From: Granulicella sp.
GTDB taxonomy: Bacteria > Acidobacteriota > Terriglobia > Terriglobales > Acidobacteriaceae
Assembly (NCBI GenBank): GCA_027339965.1
Contig: DAHWNL010000049.1
Span: forward strand, 1-64,000
Length of the DNA stretch: 64,000 nucleotides
Reading direction: 5' to 3'
A model generated the notes under the pieces. That model was not told where the DNA came from. It made no database searches and worked only from the letters and a program-made list of their open reading frames with translations. Below, in pieces: positions 28,572-37,416 of this stretch. Position 1 is the stretch's first letter. Each line of letters starts with the position of its first letter. The position numbers were made by a program, and so were the translations under genes.

Positions 28572-29177
28572 CTATCTGCCCAGATGAGCGATCAACTCAG
28601 GCGTCAGCAGGCTCTCCGCCGACAGATCACCGGCCGGAGGCAGCTTGGAAGGATCGTTCATGCCAAGTTCCGCAACCATCTGCCCGGCCATCTTTGGGTC
28701 GTCTGGATCGACGACTTCAAGGCGCACTTTGGCTAATCCTTCTACGCCGAGCCTCTTCGCCGCCGCATAGGAGAGATCCACAATGCGATTCATCGGCATC
28801 GGGCCACGATCATTTACCCGAAGGATGGTGGATCTCCTATTTTCAAGATTCGTCACCCGAACCCAGCTTCCCAGCGGAAGCGTGCGGTGGGCACAGGTCA
28901 TGGCGTACATATCGTACGTCTCCCCATCCGCGGTCTTCCGCCCGTTAAAGGCTCCTCCGTACCAGGAGGCTTTGCCAATCTGGAACCAGTGACGCTTTGC
29001 CGTTGTCTTGCCAGACGGTGGATTGTTCGTCAAGACAGCATGGTCTCGTTTCACCGTAGGACTTGCAGCGAGGGAGACCGTCAGTCCGAGGGTTACGGCC
29101 AGCACGCCGGCGCGGGTGCGCTGGCGGCCTCTCTTTCCCTGTAGCTCTTCCACGCTATTCATCGTAGGATCACTCAT
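28572..29177 (-). CDS. rlpA: Septal ring lytic transglycosylase RlpA family (DPBB domain)
   Basis: GKASWYG, TCAHRTLPLG, VNDRGP, IVDLS. Confidence 0.9.
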   Translation of the reverse strand: MSDPTMNSVEELQGKRGRQRTRAGVLAVTLGLTVSLAASPTVKRDHAVLTNNPPSGKTTAKRHWFQIGKASWYGGAFNGRKTADGETYDMYAMTCAHRTLPLGSWVRVTNLENRRSTILRVNDRGPMPMNRIVDLSYAAAKRLGVEGLAKVRLEVVDPDDPKMAGQMVAELGMNDPSKLPPAGDLSAESLLTPELIAHLGR

Positions 29178-29245
29178 ACTGAATATTGTCTCTTCCTGGA
29201 TAGCCTAAGTCAAACAAATAAAAGGTATTTAGACTTGTTTTTTGC

Positions 29246-30169
29246 TTGCAATTTCTGCGGCACTGTGATAGCGTTGGTGCATTGTCGGGTAGACCCAACG
29301 CGTCTGATTTTTGGTCCCGCGTCACAGCTGGTCCCCGTACCCTCCTGAGCGTTGCGGGTCACGATCCTTCCAGCGGAGCCGGGATCTCGGCTGATCTTGC
29401 AACGTTTTCCGCCCATCGTTTCTTCGGAACCTCCGTCCTGACTGCGCTCACCGTGCAATCCACACTGGGCGTGGAAGAGGTTCTTCCGGTAGACCCCTCC
29501 TTTTTACGCCGCTCCCTGAACCACCTGGCGGCTGATCTTCTGCCGGCAGGCATCAAAATCGGCATGTTAGGCTCGGCGGCAGCCGCTACCGCAGTTGCAG
29601 AGTCTATCGCCGCGCTCAACCTCTCCATGAGGCCAGGGTCAGAAGGGAATCGGAGTTCCGGCGGCCCGCCGATCCCTCCGATCGTCCTCGATCCCATTCT
29701 CAGAGCAACCTCTGGTGCCCACCTTCTGCCCCCTGACACCATCGAACTTCTCCACCAAGTTCTGTTGCCTCAGATCACGTGGATCACGCCTAACTGGGAA
29801 GAGCTCTCTTCGCTGACCTCTCTACCGGTGGAAACCGTCTCGCAAGCGGAGGCCGCCGCCCGCTTCCTGGCCCGACGCCATCCCCATCTGCACATCGTCG
29901 CCACGGCGGGTGACCAGCTTCAACCCACGGATCTGCTGCTCCTGCCGTCCGGAGAAGTCCACCGCTACGCTGGGGAGCACATCGAATCCAACTCCACTCA
30001 CGGTACGGGCTGCGCGTTTTCCGCTTCGCTACTCTGTCACCTGGTTTTGCGGGACTCCCCGGTCGAAGCCGTCCGGGGAGCCAAGCACTTTGTTGCCGAA
30101 GCCATTCGCAATGCTCCCAACCTGGGGCATGGAAAGGGACCTCTCAACCTTCTCTGGCACACCCGCTGA
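29246..30169 (+). CDS. thiD: Hydroxymethylpyrimidine/phosphomethylpyrimidine kinase
   Basis: VAGHDPSSGAGISAD, IKIGML, VLDP, ITPN, THGTGC; the true start is probably somewhat downstream. Confidence 0.9.
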   Translation: MQFLRHCDSVGALSGRPNASDFWSRVTAGPRTLLSVAGHDPSSGAGISADLATFSAHRFFGTSVLTALTVQSTLGVEEVLPVDPSFLRRSLNHLAADLLPAGIKIGMLGSAAAATAVAESIAALNLSMRPGSEGNRSSGGPPIPPIVLDPILRATSGAHLLPPDTIELLHQVLLPQITWITPNWEELSSLTSLPVETVSQAEAAARFLARRHPHLHIVATAGDQLQPTDLLLLPSGEVHRYAGEHIESNSTHGTGCAFSASLLCHLVLRDSPVEAVRGAKHFVAEAIRNAPNLGHGKGPLNLLWHTR

Positions 30170-30264
30170 GCGTCTTCCGTGGCGCTTCCGGCTCCGGCTC
30201 CGTGACCCGGCCACTTTGACCGTCGGTTTCCGGCCCAGTAAAGAGAGATCCACAATCACTGTCG

Positions 30265-30316
30265 CCTGAATTTGGTCCCTGAATTTGAACCCTGAATTTG
30301 GACCCTGAATTTGGAC
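30265..30316. repeat. Intergenic 13-bp tandem repeat, 4 copies (consensus CCTGAATTTGGAC)
   Basis: CCTGAATTTGGTC CCTGAATTTGAAC CCTGAATTTGGAC CCTGAATTTGGAC, just upstream of thiS. Confidence 0.92.
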
Positions 30317-30335
30317 TTTGCTAGGCTCATTTTGT

Positions 30336-30566
30336 ATGGCATCTCCTCTTACCGTCCACATTAACGGGCAGTCGCGAAGCTTCGTGAATCTCTCCTCACC
30401 TTCAGCCTTGTCCAGCATCGTTTTGGCCCTTGGTCTCAAAGGGGATCAAGTCGCCGTGGAACTCAACGGACAGATCGTCCCCCGAGGACGCTGGAATCAG
30501 GTTCAGATTGCCGAGAATGATCGGCTGGAGATTGTCCATTTTGTTGGAGGGGGGAAGGAAACTTAA
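30336..30566 (+). CDS. thiS: Sulfur carrier protein ThiS with C-terminal extension
   Basis: VAVELNGQIVPR...DRLEIVHFVGGG followed by KET. Confidence 0.9.
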   Translation: MASPLTVHINGQSRSFVNLSSPSALSSIVLALGLKGDQVAVELNGQIVPRGRWNQVQIAENDRLEIVHFVGGGKET

Positions 30567-30605
30567 GGTGGTATCTCGTTATTATGAAATGGGATATCTT
30601 CGAAT

Positions 30606-31754
30606 CTACCTAAGCAGTTTCTCCGAGAGGGCCCGCAGCAGATGATCCACGCCTTCTTCATAAGGCGCAGGCAAGCCTCCCGCTTCGAGAGACTGAATCG
30701 CTGCTGGACCTTGCTTTGACAACCTCTCGCGAAGCTCCGAAGAGACGTAGAGACGATTTATTGCCTGCTTGATATCTTCTATGCTAAACGGTTCAATTAA
30801 AAGGAAATCGCGCTCTGGGACCAAGAGCTCAGAGGCTCCGCAGTGGCGCGTAGCGATCGAAGGAACCCCATTGGCGAGAGCCTCAAACAGAGCCATTCCG
30901 AAGCCATCGTCCACGCTGGGAAGGATGAATGCATCGCAGCCGGCATAGAACTGGCTGATGTCGGCAACGTAACCCACCCTTTCAACATTCGGCAACTGGC
31001 CTAGCAGATGCTTCAGCACCGGATAGCGAAAGATCTCATCTCCGGAGCGGATCTTGAGGTTGGCATGGGGCAGCGCCAGATCCTTCCAGGCCTGCAGCAG
31101 GTACAGGTACCCCTTGCGTAAGGGATGTCCGCCCACCACCCCCAGTACGAATGGAGAACCGGCCGTCCTTGGCGGCCGTGGCGCCACCTTGGAGCGGCCG
31201 TACAGGGGAGCCAGGATCGTCTTCCGTCTCAGGTGCTCTGGATAGCTTCTTCGGCTGTAGTCGGAGGGCGTCAGGATCAGGTCGGCACGTTCATATTCCT
31301 CTACCTGGCGCTCGATGAACCAGGCGGAGTTGGGAGAAAAGATGCCGCCGGCCTTTCGCGCCTCCTCCATCATCATCCGCTGCTGCACGCGGATATCCGG
31401 GCAGGCGCGGTCCAAAACAAACACCCCGCCGGCGCGTTGCGCCCTAGCGCCGGTGGCCAGGCTGGAGGTTGATGCGCCCAGCAGCAGGTCGCATTCCTCC
31501 AGAGCTGCCGCGGCCCAGCGATCGAACAAGGTGGAGTCTATCTCGTCCAGCACCAGGGGGGTCCGGCAATGAGTCAACCCGCTGAAGATGGCTACCGGAG
31601 CCGGTATCCAACGGCTGCGAACGCCTTCATCGAAGTTCCTCATCCTGCTGCGGGGGGTTGCCGTATACAGACAAACGTCATGACCGCGCCGCCGGAACGC
31701 ATTGGCAGGCAGGCTGTAATGAGCTTGGCGTCCGGTGGCAATCACGATCCTCAA
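30606..31754 (-). CDS. GT4-family glycosyltransferase
   Basis: RKG, FILPSVDDGFGMALFEALANG (GT-B C-terminal motif). Confidence 0.88.
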   Translation of the reverse strand: MRIVIATGRQAHYSLPANAFRRRGHDVCLYTATPRSRMRNFDEGVRSRWIPAPVAIFSGLTHCRTPLVLDEIDSTLFDRWAAAALEECDLLLGASTSSLATGARAQRAGGVFVLDRACPDIRVQQRMMMEEARKAGGIFSPNSAWFIERQVEEYERADLILTPSDYSRRSYPEHLRRKTILAPLYGRSKVAPRPPRTAGSPFVLGVVGGHPLRKGYLYLLQAWKDLALPHANLKIRSGDEIFRYPVLKHLLGQLPNVERVGYVADISQFYAGCDAFILPSVDDGFGMALFEALANGVPSIATRHCGASELLVPERDFLLIEPFSIEDIKQAINRLYVSSELRERLSKQGPAAIQSLEAGGLPAPYEEGVDHLLRALSEKLLR

Positions 31755-31924
31755 AGCTATGGCCTCATCTCAGGGAAGGTTATCACCCGGCAGAATCTGG
31801 CCTTGGACGAAGCACCTCATGCTGTTCAGCGCGGTGTCTCAGGGCTGAAAGTCGAGACGGTGGGGTGAGGGAAGCTGACACCAGCCCGGCCAGGAAGGCC
31901 TCCAAACCCGAAGAGAAATGTTCA

Positions 31925-32773
31925 CTATATAGAATATATCTTATCAGACATTAGCGAATTCCTTGTTTCGTGCATGCCCGTTCCTGGCCCGACACCCTCA
32001 TCCTGTTCGCTGAGGGCGTGTGATGGCATTGCGTCCTTCTTCCACAGATAAGCCGCCTCTTCGTCCAGGTACAGAGTTACATTTGGATGGTTGCGCAGAA
32101 TCGTCGCCGGGCAATCGGTCGAGATCGGGTCACGTAGGGCTCGCAACACCACCGCTGCCTTTCTCCGGCCCGGGACGGAGAGCACCAGCCGTGGCACCCT
32201 CATCAACGTGGGGATGGTGAGCGTCAGAGCCTGCTTTGGTACCTCTTCCATACTGCTGAACCACCCTTCCGCCAGTTGCTGCTCACGGCACACCCGGTCA
32301 AGCGTGACGGTCTTGATTGGCATGGGATCCTGGAAGTCAGCTTCGTGAGGATCGTTGAAAGCAAGATGGCCGTTCTCACCGATACCGAGCAAACAAATCT
32401 GCGGATCGGTTCGGAAGAGTGCCTGGATATACTCTCTTTTCACCCCTTCCAGATCGGTAGCGCCGCCGTCCATCTCGTGAAAGGCAGCCATGGAGACCTG
32501 GCTGGTCAGCCGTTCACGCAGGTAGCGGCGGAAGGAACTCGGATGGTCTCCGTCCAGGCCAATGTACTCATCCAGGTGGAAGCCATGCACCCTGTCCCAT
32601 GGAAGATTCGAAGTGGAGGTTAGAGCTCGCAGGGTCTCTACCTGGGAGGCCCCTGTGGCGAAGAGAACGCCAACGGCTTCCCTTTGCGCGCCCAACTCTC
32701 GGAGGGCCCGCGCGACCGCTGACCCTGCCGCCTGCCCAGCTGCCCCGGCCGTCGGATAGACTTCAACTATCAT
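31925..32773 (-). CDS. nagB: Glucosamine-6-phosphate deaminase-like protein
   Basis: ATGASQ, FHLDEY, LGIGENGHLAFND, CPATILR. Confidence 0.85.
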   Translation of the reverse strand: MIVEVYPTAGAAGQAAGSAVARALRELGAQREAVGVLFATGASQVETLRALTSTSNLPWDRVHGFHLDEYIGLDGDHPSSFRRYLRERLTSQVSMAAFHEMDGGATDLEGVKREYIQALFRTDPQICLLGIGENGHLAFNDPHEADFQDPMPIKTVTLDRVCREQQLAEGWFSSMEEVPKQALTLTIPTLMRVPRLVLSVPGRRKAAVVLRALRDPISTDCPATILRNHPNVTLYLDEEAAYLWKKDAMPSHALSEQDEGVGPGTGMHETRNSLMSDKIYSI

Positions 32774-32784
32774 AACATTCTTTC

Positions 32785-32823
32785 CTTATAATAATAACAT
32801 AATAAGCTTCTTATGGACATAAC
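32785..32823. promoter_or_regulatory. Pair of CTTAT-N4-ATAAC quasi-palindromes, candidate GntR-family operators
   Basis: CTTATAATAATAAC 32785-32798 and CTTATGGACATAAC 32810-32823 in a very AT-rich spacer between nagA and nagB. Confidence 0.5.
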
Positions 32824-32831
32824 TGTTACCT

Positions 32832-33974
32832 TCATCCAGCCCAAGAATCCCCGCCAACCAGCACCTGGACCAGATCGATCTCTCCGCCAGACACCCAACG
32901 AAACTGAATCAGATCGGCACGGGCTCCAACCTGTAGCGCGCCGCGATGCCCCACAAAGCGACCTGGATTTTGCGTAGCTGCCAAAATGGCGTCCCGCAAG
33001 GAAAAACCGGGAAGCCGAGCCAGACGGGCAATCCCACGGATCAGCGGCAGAGCTGCGCCCGCCAGTGTGTTCGTCCCTGAGATTCCCACCCTTCCATCCT
33101 CAGTAAGTTCCACGCTGCCCCCAATAGAGGTCGCATAGCGGCCGGCAGGCAATCCAGCCAGAGAAACGGTGTCCGAGACCAGGATGCTGCGCTCCACTCC
33201 CTTGGCGCGCACCATTGCCTGGAGCGTATCCGGCGGCAGGTGAAATCCGTCGGCGATGAACGTTGCGGAGAGGCGATCCTCTGCAAGCTGTGCCCAAAGC
33301 AGATTGGGATGGCGGGGTAACTCTCCGGCCAATCCATTCCCAAGATGGGTGGACAGGACAGCTCCTGCGTTGGCTGCGGCGTGAATCTGCTCTGGGGCGG
33401 CATCCGTGTGGCCAATCGCCGGGAGACATCCTCGGCGGGCAAGATGGGCGATGTAGGCCAATGCCCGATCGTCGTGGGGGGAGAGCGTCACCATCCCCAC
33501 CAGATTCCCGCTGGCCGCCTGCCAACGCTCGAACTCTGCAACATCCGCAGGCCGGACCTGATCACAAGGGTGTGCGCCCCGGGGGCCATCGCCAGCCGCG
33601 ATGTGTGGTCCCTCGACATGCACATAGGGCACCACATGCCTCACCAAAGGACAACATTTTCGGGCCTCTGCGACCGCGCGCAGTGCCGCGATCAAGCGAT
33701 CCTCCGAGGCTGTAATCAGGGTAGGAACAAACGTAGTCACCCCAGCGGAGAAAAGATGCTGCATCAGATCCGTTACCAAATCCGAGGTAAGAGAGCCGGA
33801 ATTAAGATCGCATCCCGCGTAACCATTGACCTGCAGATCGATGAGCCCGGGAGAGATCCACAGCTCTTCGCCGGGCCGGACGGGAGTCAACGATCGGATC
33901 ACTCCGCCCTCAATCAGAATCTCGACGAATGCTCCGCTGATCGGATCGCGTCCCTGAATGGTCTTTGCAGCCAT
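32832..33974 (-). CDS. nagA: N-acetylglucosamine-6-phosphate deacetylase
   Basis: PGLIDLQVNG, HVEGP, GHT, THLGNG, DGFH, LVSD, LAGA. Confidence 0.88.
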   Translation of the reverse strand: MAAKTIQGRDPISGAFVEILIEGGVIRSLTPVRPGEELWISPGLIDLQVNGYAGCDLNSGSLTSDLVTDLMQHLFSAGVTTFVPTLITASEDRLIAALRAVAEARKCCPLVRHVVPYVHVEGPHIAAGDGPRGAHPCDQVRPADVAEFERWQAASGNLVGMVTLSPHDDRALAYIAHLARRGCLPAIGHTDAAPEQIHAAANAGAVLSTHLGNGLAGELPRHPNLLWAQLAEDRLSATFIADGFHLPPDTLQAMVRAKGVERSILVSDTVSLAGLPAGRYATSIGGSVELTEDGRVGISGTNTLAGAALPLIRGIARLARLPGFSLRDAILAATQNPGRFVGHRGALQVGARADLIQFRWVSGGEIDLVQVLVGGDSWAG

Positions 33975-34177
33975 CGCAACTCCGCGTCAGTCTATCACCG
34001 TCTCTGCCAGCGGTCTGCAGAATGGTTTTGGTCAGCTTCTGCCGCATCGATTGCTTCGTCCCCAAAAGATATCCTCCACTTCCTCGCCTGGATGAAGATG
34101 GGCCAAAGCCGGCCATGATAGCGTTAAAACGCTCTGCCAAGAGATTTCGGCGATCGCCTTTTGAGGAGGCTCCATCT

Positions 34178-35875
34178 CTGAAAACCCTCAACGCCAACCG
34201 ACGCGATTTTCTTCGCCAGGCCGGACTGACCGTAGCCGGCACCTTCGGGGTTCCAGACTGGACGGGGAACTCCAGAGCGGACAGAGCCGGCCTGGGCCGG
34301 CAGCATCCCTCCCCTGCCCTGGGCGCGTCTCCCATCCGCGGCCTAATGGTGGACGCCGGACGGCTTCCCGAAAAACTTGATTACTACCGAAGGGTCATTG
34401 ACTTCTGTGCGGAGTGGGGTTGCAACACACTTCAATTTCGGCTTGCCGACGATCAGGGCAGCGCCCTCCGTTTTGCGTCGGTTCCCGGCCTGATAACGCA
34501 TAGAAACGCCTTTACCCCGGAGCAACTGAGAGATCTGGCCGGATATGGAGAACGCCGGGGCGTGAATCTGCTGCCGGAGATTGAGTCGTTTGGGCACACT
34601 GGGTACATCACCCGGTCACCTGTTTATGCGCATCTGCTCGATGGTCAGCCCAACAGCTCCTCGGATTTCACTGGCCTCTGCCCGGTGAATCCGGGGACGC
34701 TGGAGTTGATGACCAGACTTTATGGGGAAGTTGCTTCGATCTTCCCTTCTATTTACCTGCATGGCGGCTGCGATGAGGTGAACTGGGGGGCGTCCGATCT
34801 TTCGCGTCAGGCGCTGCAGAGCCGAAGCCGCGCGCAGATATGGGCTGACTACCTGAACGCACTCAACCGTATCGCCGCTGATCGCCAGAAGGAACTCATT
34901 GTCTGGGGAGACTACGTTCTGCACAAGCTGCCCCAAGTCCTCTCCTTGCTGGACAGGAAGATTGTCATCATGGACTGGGACTATGCGACCAACGATGCAG
35001 TCCCCCTTCGTCGCTCGCTGGATCGAGTCCGTGCACACGGCGCCCGAGCGATCGGCGCTCCGGCCATCTCCTGCTACCGGTGGGGTCCCAGAGTGGGCAG
35101 CGAGCAACTGCGCAACATTGATGCTTACGTCAACGCCTACTCCGATGCAAGCGACTCCGCCTCTCTCGGAGTGATTGTCACCAATTGGGTTCCCAGCCGG
35201 TACGTGCAGAACTCCATCTGGGACAGCTTTGCGTATGCTGCGATTGCTTTGAACGAAGGGACGGCAACCGCGCAAACCTCCGGATTCCGCCGCTTCGTAG
35301 AGAAGCATTACCAGACCAACTGGAATGAGCTCTGGAGAGAGGTCTTCGAGAGCCTGTACAACGCCGCTCCCTACTGGCCCGGAGATTCCACCGCAACCTG
35401 GGAGGGAGTCCCGCTCGCCGTTCCGTGGAGTAACGATGCCGAGTTGACTGCCCTGCTCGCCTCAGGTGCCCCAAGTCGAAATCCGTTCACTCGCTTGGCC
35501 AGCCTTTTGGTTCAGATCGAGCCCGCCGTTCTGGCCAACCTCTCCGACTTTCGGGCATTCGCGCTCTCGATCCAATATCTTGAAAGACTCTATTGGCGCC
35601 AGACGGTCTTGCTGAAACGGGCCGGCCGGCCGGCGCTGAACTCGGCAAGAGCCGCTCTGCTGATTCAGGCGATTGCCGCACGGGATCGCTCTCTTGCCCA
35701 AGCCCTTGCGGATGCCTGGAGGGTTGGCCGTTTTATGGATTCCACTGCGGCGTTGGAGCCGCTGTTTGGCCTGAGGCCAAAGGACCAGATGCTCTTTCAG
35801 TGGAATCAGGCTACCCAATACTCCGCATCCCTGGCCCATAGCCCAGATCGGCTCTATGCCTTGCTGAAAGGATAG
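34178..35875 (+). CDS. Tat-exported GH20-like beta-N-acetylhexosaminidase
   Basis: NRRDFL Tat motif; RGLMVD, PEIESFGH, HGGCDE catalytic pair, WGD. Proposed CTG start after GAGGAGG (alternative ATG at 34116). Confidence 0.78.
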   Translation: MKTLNANRRDFLRQAGLTVAGTFGVPDWTGNSRADRAGLGRQHPSPALGASPIRGLMVDAGRLPEKLDYYRRVIDFCAEWGCNTLQFRLADDQGSALRFASVPGLITHRNAFTPEQLRDLAGYGERRGVNLLPEIESFGHTGYITRSPVYAHLLDGQPNSSSDFTGLCPVNPGTLELMTRLYGEVASIFPSIYLHGGCDEVNWGASDLSRQALQSRSRAQIWADYLNALNRIAADRQKELIVWGDYVLHKLPQVLSLLDRKIVIMDWDYATNDAVPLRRSLDRVRAHGARAIGAPAISCYRWGPRVGSEQLRNIDAYVNAYSDASDSASLGVIVTNWVPSRYVQNSIWDSFAYAAIALNEGTATAQTSGFRRFVEKHYQTNWNELWREVFESLYNAAPYWPGDSTATWEGVPLAVPWSNDAELTALLASGAPSRNPFTRLASLLVQIEPAVLANLSDFRAFALSIQYLERLYWRQTVLLKRAGRPALNSARAALLIQAIAARDRSLAQALADAWRVGRFMDSTAALEPLFGLRPKDQMLFQWNQATQYSASLAHSPDRLYALLKG

Positions 35876-35975
35876 AGATCCAAAGAGGTTTGTTTAAGGT
35901 CCAGCCGCTCTGACCTCAGAGAACATCGGCTGCATTGGATTCAATTCTTTTGCGAGCCATGGGCATCTCCTCTGC

Positions 35976-36097
35976 CGGTTTGATGCGTCTAAGAACATGA
36001 TGTGCTGTACCTGCGATGTTTCGGGTTACCCTCTAAGCGGTTTGATGCGTCTAAGGACATGATGCGCCGTACTTGCGATGTTTCGGGTTACCCTAAG
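35976..36097. repeat. Imperfect tandem duplication with a ~62-bp unit
   Basis: CGGTTTGATGCGTCTAAG(A/G)ACATGATG...TGCGATGTTTCGGGTTACCCT begins at 35976 and again at 36038. Confidence 0.92.
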
Positions 36098-36143
36098 GTC
36101 TGGTATCCTTAGTTTGTCTGGAATTGTGAGAAGGAGACTGTAG

Positions 36144-36524
36144 GTGCAATCGAATATCAGAAAGCTGCTAGCTGGCCTCTCGAAGTGCGCCCTGCTGCTG
36201 CTTTCGATTCTGGTGGTCGGGTGGGGCCTGGGCGCGAAGCTCGATATGTACCACGCCGATCAGCACCAACTTCCGACAATAAGCTCTACAGCCAAACTTT
36301 GTTTGGAGAATCGCTCCAGCCCAACGATCGTTTCGGTGCCGCAACGGGCCAGAGTGCGGGTAACTTCTGAGTCTGTTTTTGTAGTGAGCGCTAAGTTTCC
36401 TTTGCCGGAGGCTGGACTCTCCGTGTCTTCGATGAGGCGGATGGAGAGAAGCTGCGGTTCTACTCGCAGAAGAGCCCTCTGCGGTCCAAGTTGGCTGCGT
36501 CGTCCTCCGCCTGTCCTTTTGTAG
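36144..36524 (+). CDS. Small membrane-targeted protein ending in RPPP (candidate arrest peptide / leader)
   Basis: AAGGAG RBS, GTG start, N-terminal hydrophobic helix, C-terminus WLRRPPPVLL. Confidence 0.65.
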   Translation: MQSNIRKLLAGLSKCALLLLSILVVGWGLGAKLDMYHADQHQLPTISSTAKLCLENRSSPTIVSVPQRARVRVTSESVFVVSAKFPLPEAGLSVSSMRRMERSCGSTRRRALCGPSWLRRPPPVLL

Positions 36525-37416
36525 GCAGGGACCTGGTGCATCATTTTGGCGTCGAGGAAGGTTTGAGAGGCAAGCTGAAAAGGGCTTGTAGATCAAATGT
36601 CTAAGTAGTTTATCTTCAACGCATTACTCGTGACTCCCCGGCGGACTTTTGCGATTTCTCCTGGCGCCTGCCGTTGGCTTCCCTTGCGGTGTGCTTTGTG
36701 GAACGCTTGCCTGGGATTGTTTCCGAAGTTACCCTGCGACGGCTCGGTTCTCCGAGGTTGGGGGGTGAGGGTTCAGGAACGTGCGGGTCTCAGCTCTCAA
36801 AATTCGCGGTGCTTGTCATACCACGAGAGCGTTTGTGCGAGGTTTGGCCCTCGAACGATGCAGCGTGCGGATCGTGAAACTTTTGTGCCAAAGATTCTGT
36901 TCCAGCTTCCCTCTTCTTCGCTCTTCAAGAACAGCCTCTCACGGAGCCTGTGCAGTCAAACTTCTGGGGCCTAAGGATTCTGCCCAGCAGAACTCTCGAA
37001 CAATGAACTACGAAGCCTCCCGCCCGGCAATAAGCTGTCTCGTTCTGCCCTCCTCTTCACCAAGCTCCCGGGCGGGCTCGCTCGGCTCCGCCGCCGGACT
37101 CGGCTCCAGTGCCAGATTGGCGCAGCATCTGCCTTTCCATTGCTCCGCCCCGTTTTCTCTCCCGACTGTTGTTAAAACAAACCGGCTTCGTTTTCGCGTC
37201 CACGCCAGACGCCCTGCGGAGGGTGTTCCTGCAGCTCAGCCGGCCCACGCCTCCTCCTTCTCCCATCGCGGCCCGACTCTTCTCCAATCGAATAGGGGCG
37301 CCACCCAGCCATTGGTCCGGCGCTTTTCTTTGAAGGCGCCTCCGAGTTCTGGCCCATCGCTTTGTTAACTCAGCATCCTTATTTGTACCCTCAATGATCT
37401 ACAGGAGCTCTGCCAA

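Noticed and set aside
29178..29330. TPP riboswitch upstream of thiD
   Set aside because: No CTGAGA...CCTGA core is present.
30265..30316. Short repeat array as a CRISPR
   Set aside because: The 13-bp units are contiguous with no spacers, and there are no cas genes.
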